From Klebsormidium nitens (Eukaryota; Plantae; Klebsormidiophyceae), in NCBI GenBank assembly GCA_000708835.1, contig DF237146.1, forward strand, positions 85,127 through 149,126: DNA of 64,000 nt, read 5' to 3'. This document shows positions 11,401-24,302 of the stretch, piece by piece. The translations under genes and the position numbers were made by a program. The notes under the pieces were generated by a model. The model did not search any database, was not told where the DNA came from, and saw only the letters and a program-made list of their open reading frames with translations. The stretch's first letter is position 1; each line of letters begins with the position of its first letter.

Positions 11401-14400
11401 TATACGAACCCAGAAACCACGTCACTCTGTCAGGAGCTCCAAGGAAGTGGGTCGAGAAGGAAAGACAGGGGTCTCGAGTCGGAGTCTTGAATGATGAAAG
11501 TGCCTAGGCTTTGGGTTAAAGAGCGGCGCAAAAGCTCGACTCTACGCTCAACAGAGCCATCCGCGTTTCACAAGACCGTGTGGTCTGTGCTCGTTGTAAG
11601 GGCGTCAACCCACATCCAGGTCCGCTGAAAACTGTCTTCTCCACAGTCATAACATGCAGTTCGAATGTCCGAACGCGCGCGCTCCTTTCTCCTTCGCGAG
11701 CTCGGCCGCCAGGTCTGTAGATCGAAGGAAAAGCGCGGCTCAGCCGACTCTCGCATGAGCTCTCTGTTACTAGGCCTGAGCCGGAGCAGATGCGAAGAGC
11801 ATCCAAACGTTGCGCTTTCACTAAATCAGCTTTCAACAGATTCAGAATGTAAAGCCGCTGGAAGTAAACACGTTCCTTTCACCTCTGCCGTCCGCAGGTG
11901 GGCGATGCCAGCCGCGGCGCTATTTCGAACGTCCGGAGCGTGACGCTCCCGTCGCAGGGCTTCCCGTTCGTTATGGGCGTCACGGCTGACGTCGGCCAGA
12001 CCATCTACAGTGAGCAGACCATCCAAGGACTGCAGGTGAGGTTGCCGGTCATATCAAAGAATTTCGGCTGGTCACAAAGTTTATGTGTGGATCAATGTCC
12101 TGCATGCTTACTAATGAAGAGTGCGGGCAGCAGGGCGGTCAGCTCGAAAGTCGGTGTTGAGCGCGGTAAACGTACTTTCTTGCAATCAAATGGTTTGCCA
12201 AGTCGCCGGGGTTTTGGTTGACCTGAAACGATTTTGCGATTTCTGGAAAGTGAGCATAACCTGTTTCCGTTTTCTCTCGCGTCCTGCTGCCTTGAGTCCT
12301 CACCAGATTGCAAGATCCAATGCAACTATTGAACTCGGGCTTACTGGATAAGGGCGAGCTGCGGTTGCCATCTACCGGTCAATCTGAGTCTTCAGAGCTT
12401 ACCGGTCAATCTGACTTTTCAGAGCTTATGGTGTCAAGAGGTTGGACCGTTCCCGGTTAATCTAGTCGACGCTGATCTGATGGTCTTAGCGACTGCGCTT
12501 CACTATGGGACAGGGCATTGCTTATGAGGAAGGGGTTGAAACTTAACGAGTCAACGGAAAGGCGGACTTGCGGAGTGTGTTCCGCTAGGACCGGTGGGCT
12601 GTCTTTACTGTTAGCACCAGATTAGCTCTGTGCGGATTGAAAACCGTCCCTCCTTTGTGTCTTAGGGACTGGGCGCACAAGCAATTGTCGTGGCTGGAGA
12701 CCTTGCCTATGCCGATGGTGAGCTCGAACGTTTGGGGTTCAGAAGTCGGGGTTCAGTAGCACGAGCTCCTAGATACGTGTATGGTATTGAGGAAATTTAG
12801 CGGTTAAGGAAAACCTTGGTGTTTAAGAAACACCAGGGTTCGCGATCGTTGGCGCTGTAACGGAGACCGTCGGCTTCAATCTAGTAGAGTCAGCGGGAAT
12901 GAGCAGGACCGTCTTCAGCAGAAGGACGTCTCATCGAATCGTGCACTCGATTGACTGCTTATAAGCTGGATGGAGGTCCTCCAAAAATTGTTGTGGCCGA
13001 GCGCTTCAGTAGCGTTGACAAAAAGCGTTGGAAGTTAGCTTTTCTGGCGGTACCATAATGTCCTTAACAGAGACGTGTGGGATCAGAACTGCTGTTCAAG
13101 AGACAGCCCGACAGCTCTTCCTTCTCCACAAGCCCCCCACGTTACGGATCAGATTGCAGTCCAGTGTTTGGACTGGAGATCCGGCTGAGCTTTGGAAATT
13201 GATAAGGGGATTTAGACGCCCTATGTCTCTTGCAGACTACAACGACATTCAGCGCATCGGATGGCAGCCGCGCCGGTGGGACATTTGGGAGGTGCTCATG
13301 TCTCCGGTCTGCTCCGCCATCCCGTGTATGACCGCCATGGGTGAGGCATCCGGAACCATCCAATTTCTATTTTTCCGTTTTTGGTCCTACCGGGTCCAAT
13401 CACGTCCGTTTGATTTCGCTAGAAGTCTCTGACTTTCAAGAAGTCAATACCCGTGCATGACCGCCATGGGTGAGGCGTCCGAACCCGTCCGATGTCGGGG
13501 ACCCGTCCCTTTTTCATTGTCTGCGTCCGCTCGATCCGTCCGTTCTGCCGGAGTCGTCCAATTCCGATCGACTCCGGTTGACTTGCCTCCATAACGTGCA
13601 TGACCGCTTTGGGTGGAGTATGCGAAACCGTGCGGTTTTAGGGATCACAAGGTTTGAGGTCTCTGGTTTCAAGGGTTTGGGTTCTTCGAAACCATGTTAA
13701 CAGCCGTCTTTTCTGGGGACTCGTCCGCTTCCACTCGCGAACTTAGCGAATCTTACCAACTTTTTAAGTGTCTTTTTTGGTTCCTAATCTTCGTCTAGTC
13801 AGGCAGACTCTGGATGCTTCAGGGTTTACCGAGGTGTTCTCTGTGGACCATCTGGTGGATGTGAACCCAAGATGCGTCGAAACCTGTCACATGCGCTTGA
13901 ATCGGTCGAAATCATGCTTTGCTCGTCAGACAGTGTTTGAAGTGAGTTTAGAGGAAGTTGACCCATTGTTTCAAGAGTCCCTTCAGTCTGCGGAGGCAAG
14001 TTCCAGGGCGAGACTAACCTGGCAAATTGGTCCTTTGCAGGCAATCATGAGGAGGAGTCGGAGTTCTACTATGGTGACGACTGTGAGTAGAACAACCGAC
14101 CCGCTCTAGTTTTTCACGAATGCAATTTCATGCCATTTCATATCAGTCCATGACCTAGACTCGGCGCGTTTCGCACCTGAAACCACTCTTGGTTCCAATG
14201 CGAGCAGCCATACAGCAGAATGAACAATTCTGCTTTTCTATGGCTTACACTCTTAGACAAAGATGCCCTTGGACTTAAGCAAGTTTGGACCTTGTTTAGA
14301 CGACGAATGACTTACTTGACGTGCCGTGCTTTCTGGCGTTGCAGACGTGCCGACATTCAACTGCGAGACGTCTGCGGCCGCCGGAGGCGACGTGCCGCAG

Positions 14401-17400
14401 TGTGCTCTCAGCTGGAGGTAAGTTTACGTCATCAAAGATGAATTTGACAAATCTGTGAATGCTTTTCAGGACGTTATCTTGTCATTTCCGATGTCGGGAA
14501 AGAAAGTCGACGACTTGGAGGTCGAAACCTCCAAAAGCCGGCGAAGAAGGAGGGGGTAAGTTGGATCTGACAGAAAGAATAAGCCAGTTATGTTCGCGAA
14601 TACGATCGAAGGAGCGGAAGTAGCAGACGATTGGCATGCGGCATTCAAGTCTTATCCAACGATCATGGCGCGATCTTGCACGCCCAATTCTTGAGTTCGT
14701 TACCAAGCTTGATGCGTGCGAAAGCAATGCATTTGAAGATTTTCGACGGCTTAGAGTAACCACGTCGGCCGTTGTGAATTTCAAAGAAGCGTCGACCATT
14801 GATAAGCCTGAAAGATGTTGCAAGGTCGGCATGAACCTCAGAATATTACATTCTAAGCTGCCGCCAAAACTATTCCGGTTCCGTTGCAGGACCCGTCACC
14901 CGGTGGTCCCCGTCCCCTCCATGAACTTCAGCTTCCAACTCCCCGGCGGGGATAAGCTATACTACTCCGTCAAGATCGGCCCCGCCCGGTGCCTTTTCGC
15001 GTCCTCGTATGCGCAGAGCGCCCCTGGATCCGCCCAGTATAACTTCTTGCAGCAGGAGTTGATCAACTACAAGAACAGCCGCCGCGAGAACGGCGCCAAC
15101 CCGTGAGTGCCCAGTAATCTCTTCCGACGACCTGTTGGTTCTCTTGTTTTCAGCACTAGCAAATTAGGCATTCAGGTGCGTGAGTGCCCGGTGCTTTCGA
15201 CCGGATCGGTAAGTCTCCATTTTTACCCCCGCTATTTTTACCAGCAGCAATCCGAGAGTCCCCACCTGAAAACCTTGAAGTGCCCTTTTCGATCGGGGCG
15301 GCCTGTGTGATTTGCCCGGTGAATTATCATGTGTTTCTTCGCTGCATCGCCGTCATTTCGACGCCCGGTGCTCTGTACCGACTGCTAATTAAGGCCCCCG
15401 TGAAGGCGACGCCTCTCCAACCCTCGGTACTTTTCGCCGTCCAACTCCCCCTGCCCTTGCATTTGTGTGCTAACTACGTTCCGACATCGGTCGGCTGGCC
15501 AGTGCTTTTTAACAGCGCGCCACCAATTACTGCGCGCGCCACTTCCCAAGCGTCTGGTGCCCTCCGCTGACCGACTCTGCCGTTGCTTTCCGCGTCTGCT
15601 CGCGGGTGGTGGGCTCTCATAGTCCACTCCCCGACTCAGCGATGATTTACCGAGTGCTTCTCTGCCCCTTTCTAGACACCGGTCCTATTCCAACTCGCAC
15701 TGTCGCCCGTCGAAAGGTTCTCCATTACAGGATACACGTTTCTTGCAGGTGGCTGATCGTGGTAGTCCACGAGCCCCAGCTATCATCCACCCCCGGGCAG
15801 GCCTCGCAGCTGCAACCGGTCACAACTGTGACTCCTCTTTCACCTTCCTCTGGACGGCCCAGCATATTCCACTAACGATTTTGCAAACCCAAAAGTGGAC
15901 AATTTTCGCAGTTGGCTGATTGTAGTAGTCCACGAGCCCCAGCTATCATCCACCCCCGGGCAGGCCTCGCAGCTGCAACCGGTCACAACTGTGACTCAGG
16001 CCCAGGGCGCGGTTCTTCTCCCCGGGCAGGTCCTCCCGAGCAGTCCGACGTCACCCTACGGCAGCGCCAAGGGGTACTACTTCTTCAACAACCTGAACGA
16101 CCTCTTCTACCAGTACGGAGTCCACTTCGTAAGTTTTCAGCAAGGTTGTTTCCGCGTTAGATAGCTCAGCTGTACCGCTTGAAATTCAGACGCAAGCCTG
16201 GTTGTCGGTCATTTATTAACATTCATTAGCATTTGTGGGCTGTTTTGTTTCGCGAGATCTTGTACGCTGCCGTATTATGCATGCCTGTCTTCTTGTTGAT
16301 GAGCGTTTCGAGTGGGACGACTAGTGCGGTTTAACGATGCGTTGCCGTCTGAACGGTCCAGCAACACGGAAGATTCTCGACTTGGTGCTTCGTGCTCTGG
16401 TCTTTCTACTTCGTGAATCATTTGGTACAAGGCCCAGCCTTGTGGTGATTATTCCAGAACAGAGGCTTTGCTTGCTGCCGTTCCGTTGACAACAAACGTT
16501 TCAACCCGCAGTTCATCACTGGGCACCAACACGATTACGAGCGGAGCTACCCGGCGAAGGGCTACGATGTAAGCTGCCCAGTTCTGCAATGATACTTGTT
16601 CAGGACCAAAGCTGCGTGCGCTTATGAGGAGTGGTGCCGTTCTATCCGCCCACATGACTGTGCTTTTTCCAAGTCTTCCTCTCTGGTTTTGTCAGGATTC
16701 CGAAGGCGAAGGTGCCACTTTTGGTTGCTAGGCTGCGCCTCTTTTGGGCAGAGTGCCGGTTCTCCTTTCGCCGTTATTGTATCTCCCTTTGATTAGACGC
16801 CCAAGAAGAAGGTGGGGGTAGCTTGGGACCGGCAAAAACCAAGTGCGAGTACCGAGCGCCTTCAAAATCCGGGCTGCTTTTGGAAGTAAACTGCTCGCGT
16901 ATCCACCAAATCACCGGCACAACGTTGGTCAGGCACACGCTAAATATCAGTCGGGCTCATGCGCAGCTTATCATGACAATATAAAATGCGCGCGTTCATT
17001 CCACATTCTCACGCTCTCAACACAGAAGCGCAGGGGGATCGGCTCAAACCATTTCGTCCCAGTCTTGAGGTTGGACCACCTTCCTTTGCGATCGAGAGGG
17101 CGCCAAAACGACGATTGGTTCCATCAAAATGATCTTTTTCCTTTTCTGCTCAGAACGACAACTGCGGAGCGGTAACGCTCGTCGTGGGCGACGCCGGTAA
17201 CGAGGAGGGCGCGGAGGCCAGCTTCGTGGACCCTCAACCTAGTTGGTCCGCCAAGACGTCTTCGCTGTTCGGCTACGGCAAGCTGACGTTCCAGAGCGCA
17301 TCCGTCGCGCTGTGGCAGTGGATGGCCGACGACGGCTCCGCAATTGTTCAGGTGAGCACTTATGCCCTTTTCAGGATTCCTTCTTACTCAGATAATGTAA

Positions 17401-18029
17401 GTGCAGAGAGGGGATTCGTTGCCACTTGGCTGACGTGTGGATCGTAGACGACGCGTCGGCGATTTATTTCGAGTATGGTCGACGTTCAGCCAGTCTCTCT
17501 TGCTCTTACACACTGTCAGAAATCCATGGCTCTCATTTTGCCACGTGGCACCGGATGGCATATGACCAGCTGCGTTGGAATATGGTATCCGAATTTTGGT
17601 GGTACAACGTACGCAACGATCGCAACGCAGCAGTGAGCTGGTAACGACGGCTCGGGGACTGGATCGACAGCCTACGAAGTGCTTTTCAGAAGGCGCAATC
17701 GCAGGAATTGAACGGCATCAGTAATGCAAAGTCACTGTTTTGTCGACAGGATGGAAGCGTATGCTTTTTTAGACTCCTTCCGACTGGGAAATCTCGATTC
17801 CGTTCATTGCATCTGCTCAAACATGCCATCAGCTGAAATGTGTCCTCTGACAATTGGCTCCGCTTCAAAGACAGTGTCTGAGCGTGCCGTGTCGAAGTCA
17901 GGGCTACGAGTTTCTTGTTGCCGCTCCGCAGTTGCTTTCTATACTTCTCCCATCCTCACGCGGAATGGCCCGCTTTTGCTGCAGATGACCTTCACGAGGA
18001 ACGCCGGCTGTCTCAACCAGATGTACTAA
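8456..18029 (+). CDS. Secreted purple acid phosphatase (metallophosphoesterase; N-terminus resembles the plant PAP15/phytase-type clade) with a Thr/Pro-rich, Cys-containing N-terminal extension
   Basis: Signal peptide MAPTKQLLGLAAVLLLLSVP. Phase-consistent exons: 9440-9546 (PWQIHTQIG), from 10131 (SITFLWATG), 10748-10914, 11184-11309 (LLHAVTVRGFAPGTTVYYK), 11898-12035 (ADVG), 12666-12717 (GDLAY), 13236-13340, 14041-14073 (GNHE), 14345-14417, 14890-15102, 15912-16128 (VVVH), 16512-16568 (GHQHDYER), 17154-17351 (GDAGNEEG..PQPSWSA), 17985-18029. All five PAP ligand motifs (DxG, GDxxY, GNH[DE], VxxH, GHxH) are present. One apparent +1 frameshift near 8631. Confidence 0.93.
13321..13485 (+). repeat. 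Duplicated exon end and splice donor within the PAP gene
   Basis: cccgtgtatgaccgccatgggtgaggcatccggaacc (13321) recurs as cccgtgcatgaccgccatgggtgaggcgtccgaacc (13450). Confidence 0.9.
15749..15997 (+). repeat. 86-nt tandem partial exon duplication in the PAP gene
   Basis: 15749-15834 versus 15912-15997, 3 mismatches; each copy is preceded by a pyrimidine-rich cag acceptor. Confidence 0.95.
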
Positions 18030-19708
18030 GCTTGCGGCCCTGGGCGTTTAGGTTACTGAGAACACTTTGGAATCGATTGTTTCTAAGTTGGATTAGTTGC
18101 TGGAAGGTTGAAATTACCTCTGGTAAGCACGCAAACATATATTCGTAAGCTGCAAGCGAAGCGCCTGTAACAGGCGAGCATCCGCGTTGGCACGTCTTTT
18201 GAAAACTCAGTAACGAAGTTCGTCATCAATTTGCTCGCGAATAAGAGAAATCATTGCGCCGCGGTTCATTATTCCTAAGAGAGTTGAGAGAACTTGAAAA
18301 GTATTTTGCGTACATGAGAGGTGAAAACAGGTTATAGTATGGAATTAGTCGTGTAAGTGATTTGGAGCTCTGCCGATTTGAATTGTAGAGATTTTTAAGT
18401 CTCTGCGCGTTCGGCGCGTTCACGAGTTGGGCCGTCACCAACGTACTCAACCGTATGTTCCCGAGGGAGAACCAAAGTCGTTCGTTTCCTTGTTCCGGAA
18501 AAGCTGCTCGCATCTAGGGACCATCTGTCACTTGACATGTAGCGCTGAATGTACTTCAGTAGTCAGCCATGCGTGCGGCAGTGCAGAAAAGAAGGCGCGC
18601 ATTGAGGCATACACAGTCACTTAGCCATTGCGCGCCATTTGCTGGATGGTCAGACTGTACCTGCGAATGATGGTCACGACCGTCCTTGATCTAGCTTCGT
18701 AAGTTTGATGCACTCGTTCTTTACTTCATCGAGCATGCACGAGCTAGTATACGCGAGTTGCACTCCAGATGCAGGCTGACGGGCGACTGTTAGCGCTGAC
18801 TCATCGCTCAGGATTCCACTAGCTGCGCCCCATGCACGGCAACATAATTAATGGGCTGTTGATCGATTTGTTTATAAGAAGTATTGGTTAATTTCAGTTG
18901 ATAGTACATCATTGACGGTGAAACATCTGATTTCCACGAATCAAGCATTGCATAATTGTGGATTGCGAAACGAGACTCATGGGCTATCGGTACACATGGC
19001 ATGCTGAGTCGGGGCACGCGCTGCCGCGCAAGCGCAGTGGTTAGATTGGCTGACCATGCAATCACGCGGAGGCGGTGAGATAACATTATAGTATCTATAT
19101 CCAGAAACAAATTCAGAGTCCAACGGCGGCCCCGGCTAGTCAATGAGGTTTGGTGTCGTTTCAGAGAAGAGTCTAGTAAAGTAGAACGTAGTCAAAGTTG
19201 AATGCAAGAGCTGCTTACACTCTCTTGAGTCCGAGCGGCCGGAGGGCAGGCTTGATTTAGCACTGGGCACGAAGACTCAATTTTATACCTCCGCTGAAGC
19301 CATTATTTCCCAACACTATGCGCCGAAGACCGTGTCTGGTAGCTCTTTTATACACGCAGGTAGGACGTGGATTCCGCCAGGTTGAACTCATCAGCAATCC
19401 CGTCCCAAGATAGGTCAGCACGCTTTAAAGTAGTCTGCTTGTTGCTTGATGAGACGACGGACTTTAATTCGGCCGACTCCGCGTACCACTGCAGTCTGAG
19501 TACGGTACGCCGGGAAACGCAATAAATAGCTCACGGCGTGACATGATTTGGAGACAGATAAACACGTACTCGCTTAAAATGGAACGAAAGCGAGATCTGC
19601 GTCATGTGGAACAGGCAACCTCAGTTGGAACAAACAAGAACTAGGCTGATGCGCTCGTCTTTCCACGGGCGAGTATTCTTAATCCGTTACATCTAGGATC
19701 GACATAGA

Positions 19709-20612
19709 TTAAATAAGTCTTTGTCCTGCTTCCGCAGACGAGACGTCTTCTACTTGACCAACTATGGGGCTGAAACCCTGCTTTCCTTCAGGAACACAAT
19801 ACACGGGAACTTTGCAATCTGGAAACTGATACTCGGTTCCTTTGGAGTCCTTGAAGGTTAGGGTGTAGATCCTATATATTGGCGTGCACGTCGCGGCCGA
19901 GACGTCCCCTTGAATAGTCACGTAAGCGTAGAGTTCTATAGAAAGTCTGTCCTTGACTAAGCGGGTGCCATCAGCCCCTGGTACTGTCTTCTCCCACTCT
20001 TTGAACATCTCACTGTAAGTTGCTCCTAGAAGCTTCTGGCCAAACTCGGTAAAGGCCATGTCTAGAGCCACATGAGTAACCTCGGTTGATAAATCATCAG
20101 GGTCCCCTTCATGGCACGAATGTTCCTCGGGAACAATTTCAGTTTTATGAAACAGCCTCCCTCGAAGCCTGAAAAGGTACACGTATCGGGCCACATGAAT
20201 CTTAACATGTCTGGTGGGCTTTGGCGCTCCGCCTCTTGAGAACAATTTCTTACCCGGGAGCAAGAGGCGCTTCTTGAGTTGTTCAAAACCAAAACGTTTT
20301 GTGTTTCGGGTTTGTTCCAAACCCTCCTGGTTTGCCCGCTTCTTCATGACTGGCTCTCACTAACGCTAACTTTTTGTACCCACCTTGCTCTGCGATCCCC
20401 GCGTCAAGCTTTGCCACATCGTCACTCCGGATCGCGCCCATCTCTCTGCGATAGAGCGCCAGAAATTCTTCCCTCCAGACGGCAGGGTTCTTCTCCGCCA
20501 TTTCCAAGATACACTTGCAGGCGAAGGTAGCTCGCAGCAAAGACAGAGGGTCCTGCACCGCTAGCTTCTTAAGGATGGCCAAGACTGCGTCGCTTGGGAG
20601 GCCGGCCTCCAT
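19709..20612 (-). pseudogene. F-box-like paralog A, frameshifted
   Basis: GLPSDAVLAILKKLAVQDPLSLLRATFACK..VWREEF..GGYKKL. One extra A in the run at 20297-20300 links the 20283-20612 and 19709-20347 ORFs; paralog I reads through this point as HSRSGFEQIRKR. Confidence 0.85.
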
Positions 20613-20934
20613 CAGGCTGATGAGAACAAAACCAGAGGAGCTAGCGCGCCAGTGCCTGGTACTACAGCAAAAGTGTTTACCGAGAGCTGCGCTCGACGCG
20701 CTGCGTAAGCCGATGGCATTCGTCTGGCGGCATTGTCGCGGCCGCGGCGGTCGCTTGCGACTTTATCATATGGGCAGCGCAGGCGCGCCGCGCGGCGCGT
20801 GGCCGCGTTTACTTTCAAATCACACCGCGCAGTGTTCCTTGTTGACGCGGCCGCGGATGCTTTCATCGCGGAACCGCGGCCGCGCCGCACGGCCGGCCCA
20901 AAGGCCAAAGCCCGACGACGCCGTTTGTGCCAGT

Positions 20935-21819
20935 GACTATTCCCAAGGGAATGAACTTTAGCATTCCTTTCTTTATTCTAGTGAAACGTCCAACGTCAGA
21001 TGGATGGACGGTTTGGGGCAAGGACGGTCAGGGTTCGCTCTTCTGATGCCGCACTTCTCGGGTTGCGGCATAGGGGCGCTTATACGCAGAGGTTGCGTAT
21101 AAGCAGATGAACACCTTCGGTGAGCGAACCGTGACGTCACCGCTGGACGTTTCTTTGAAAGCCGTTGATACTTTCTTGATTCAAGGGACAGGATGATTTT
21201 TGCGGACGACTCATGCCTGCCGTTGATCAAAATAAAACCAATCTGTATGGTCGAGAGATGGTTCGTGAAATAGTGGTGAGTCACTGACTAGCGCCTGAAC
21301 AAAGCGTTGGTACTGTCACAATTGCAATTGTTTAGTTGATAAGGATGGCGCACGCTAAGAGCGCTTTTCAGCCATGGAAGAAAGCGAGATACCAGGCAGT
21401 GGGCTCTTCTAGTGATGTGCCCTCTCTGGCGCTGGAGGTTTCCACTCCTCCTTTTCAGGGCTATGACCGGAGGTGAGTCTTGTTTCATTCTTTGCTTGGT
21501 GATGAGGGAGGTGGGTGGGAAGAAAGAAAAATGGCGCCCTCTTAGCAGCGCCGAGACGCGCTGCTGCTGCCGCCTCAACTCACAGTGAAGTGAAGAAGAT
21601 TCGACTGCAACTGAGGTTTTGTTCACAATCTTGCTGAGGCTGCCGCCTAGTCAGCAAGTTTCGATTTCGAAGAGGCCAAACCCTGAGGGGAGGGTTTGGC
21701 CGCCGCGGTCGCGCGCGATTCGCACAGGGTTTAGGGCTTTGCCCGGCAGTCTGGTGCCTTAAGGCTTCTCGAGCATCTGATGGCCGTCCACAGATCGGAC
21801 GGACGGCCCGCATTCCTTA
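20935..21819 (-). mobile_element. Short non-autonomous derivative of the DIRS-like element (both termini plus about 470 bp of unrelated filler)
   Basis: About 21530-21819 is the near-identical reverse complement of the element 5' end (42967 to about 43270). 20935-21060 is identical to 52424-52549 (126 bp). No coding remnants seen in the filler. Confidence 0.85.
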
Positions 21820-21821
21820 GG

Positions 21822-22444
21822 TAGAGGTCCCGCCGGCCGTTTCTGTCACAAACAAAACCTCCGACGTGGCCGGGCCGGGTCCGAGCAATCCCCCTTGCAA
21901 TCGCCTGGAAATCTACAGAGTGCACCGGCTGAAGCGAAACGCCCAAGAAGGTTGTGTTGGGGAAAATCGAGTTCGCAACACTGTCCGCAACTTTGTTCTG
22001 GGGGTAGATGCCCCACAGCCAAAGGCTCCCCCGCAAGCGAACAAACGTTATGACCACCCCCCCGGACATGAGCCGTGACCGAAAGCAGCAAACAGCGCAT
22101 CTAGACTCCAGCACAGCGGCTTCCACCCCCTGGCTTTGTTCAACTAGCTTTTTTTTCCGTGCCGCACAACATCGAGCCGCCAACAGTCGTTTGTAACCAC
22201 CCAGAGCTTCTACCGCTGCATCAAGCTTGGCGACCTGTTCTGGGTGATAAGTTTCGGATTCCGAGTCGCCTTGCATATCCTCTGAGACATTGCGAAAGAA
22301 GGCTTCCTTCCAGATTCCTGTATTCTCCGCCGCCGCGCGGTGCAGGGGCGCCAAAGCGCACGTGCTCCGCAGCAAGAACAGGGGATCCAGAGCAGCCAGC
22401 TTGCGAAGGATGATCAGGATTATGTCTTGCGGAAGGCGCTCCAT
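21822..22444 (-). pseudogene. F-box-like paralog B, 5' half (cut by the element insertion)
   Basis: MERLPQDIILIILRKLAALDP...; close to paralog L up to CCT CTA, then switches to element sequence. Also has a 4-nt GGCC deletion just before the break. Confidence 0.9.
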
Positions 22445-22776
22445 GCCTGCGTTTGAACGACTGCCAGATAAACTCCACCCACTGGGCTGAAGGCCGAGTC
22501 TCAGTGCGGCCGCGGGTCCGCAACGCGGCGGCTCGGCGGCCGCGTGTCCAACCGCCGGGCGTGCTTGCTGCCCCGGTCGGGGTTTATGATGCGAAGTGTC
22601 CGCACCAGCGGCCGCAAGTCACGTGCGCGGCCGGGTCCGCGCTCGTGGTGGTCCGCGGCCGCCTAACGCGTTGCGGCCCTGCGCCACCCGGCCGCGCGAT
22701 CGACCACGGCGCACGCGCGGCGGGCCACGGCGCGCTTACAAGCACGCAGAAGTGAAAGAGGGCAGGAAGGGCGGAC

Positions 22777-23170
22777 ATGGAAGCTCTTTCTGGCGACGTG
22801 AATCTGATGGTCCTGCGCAAGCTAGCGCCGCAAGACTCTTCGTCCCTCTCTATGCAAGCAATTTGTGCCTGCCATTCAATTTATTCAGAAGGGCGAAAAA
22901 AGACCCGGCGTCTCAAAGGAAGCGTCCTTTGGAACAGCGGGGATAGCCTGAGCCCAGCAACGACGAGAGCGCGTTAAAGCGCACTTCAGCTCCTGTGGTG
23001 GATATAAGCGACTGGTCGAGGCGCGGTGTGAAGATTGTAATCGTTGGAAACCTGACTCAATCTGAAGAACGCGAAGCGCTCGCCAAATAAGGTGCTCTCG
23101 TCAACTTTGAAAGCAGTACTAGAAAGGCTGGTCATTCTGCGAGACGGAGGGAGATTGCTTCTGTGGCGCC
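22777..23170 (+). pseudogene. F-box-like paralog C, heavily decayed
   Basis: MEALSGDVNLMVLRKLAPQD..; GYKRLVEAR at 23000-23026; RLVILRDGGRLLLW near 23125-23166; separated by stops and frameshifts. Confidence 0.75.
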
Positions 23171-24302
23171 TAGTCTTAACCCGAGAGCAGATGCTGCCCT
23201 GCCACCGGCGTCAGCTGGGCGATTTCGCGGGCCGTTGGGGACCAGATTCTACTTTGCCGACTTACTTCTGATCACATCTCCGCTTGGGCAAGTCCTTTAG
23301 AGACAAGGGCGTTCGGTCTTCTCAGATGTCATTGGAAGCGGACGCGTCGAGCGGAATCGTTTTCTTTTTTGAACGCTACAGCTTCGTGCAGGCAAGGTCG
23401 CAGCCAAGAGTCAACTCATAGAAGCTGGGCCTATAAACTGAGTGCGCCGTCTAGATCTCCGAGGCGTTGGGAAATGTTTCTCAGGAAAAGCTTCACAAGG
23501 TCTACCAGGACAAGAATCCTCATTAGTAGCTCTGAAGAGGCTAATTTGAGACTGCAACACCGCCCTTTCTGCTATACTTACAAATCACCCCTTCCAAGCC
23601 ACGGGTAAATTGTATGGTCGGGCTTCTAAATATCGAAGTCGCGGAAAGTATTGTGCGCATATGATGCAAATTGCTGGCCAGGCAGATCACGTCGGACGTG
23701 CTGGCTCCGAGTGCTTGGCTGCATGGCCGATATATTTAGGCCCGCAATTTCAAACTCGTACCTTAGCAACGGAAAATTTCCGAACATGATGCGCATATTA
23801 TGCATTGCCGAGTCTTTCTTACGTCATGGTGGTCTTGTGAAACGAAATACGACAGTCTGCAAGAGAGAGTAAAGACGAATTTGGAACCAGTTCAAACAAC
23901 GTCGCTATCATAATGCAGACCGTTCAATCAGGCAGCGCCCGTTGCCATACTCTTTTCGCAGGCGTCCTAAAGATCTCGCATTTGCTACGAAAGGGTGAAA
24001 TTAGCTAAGCAAGTTGCACATAGCTGTACTGGATTTCAGCCCAATTGTTCCGGATTGCAATTGAAGAATTCGGGTCTTGCGGAAGAGGTTCAGGACAGAA
24101 CGCAATTGTTGTTTCTTGCATAGTCGGCATACTAGGAACGGGATGGGCGTTGAGCCGACAAATTTCAGAGAACGGTAAAGTAAAAGTCGGAGAGTTCAAC
24201 GAAGCTGCTTTGTCTTTTACAGATCTGGGCAGTCGACGTTTCTTTCAATGCTACCCCTGCCTTGTAAACAGTGCTGTAGAGCATGACGCCTTGACGCCTT
24301 GC

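Noticed and set aside
12373-12428. 27-bp tandem duplication
   Set aside because: Intronic slippage repeat with no evident consequence.
18226-18513. AT-rich 95-aa ORF (possible organellar insert)
   Set aside because: No recognisable organellar protein motif; cannot be supported without a search.
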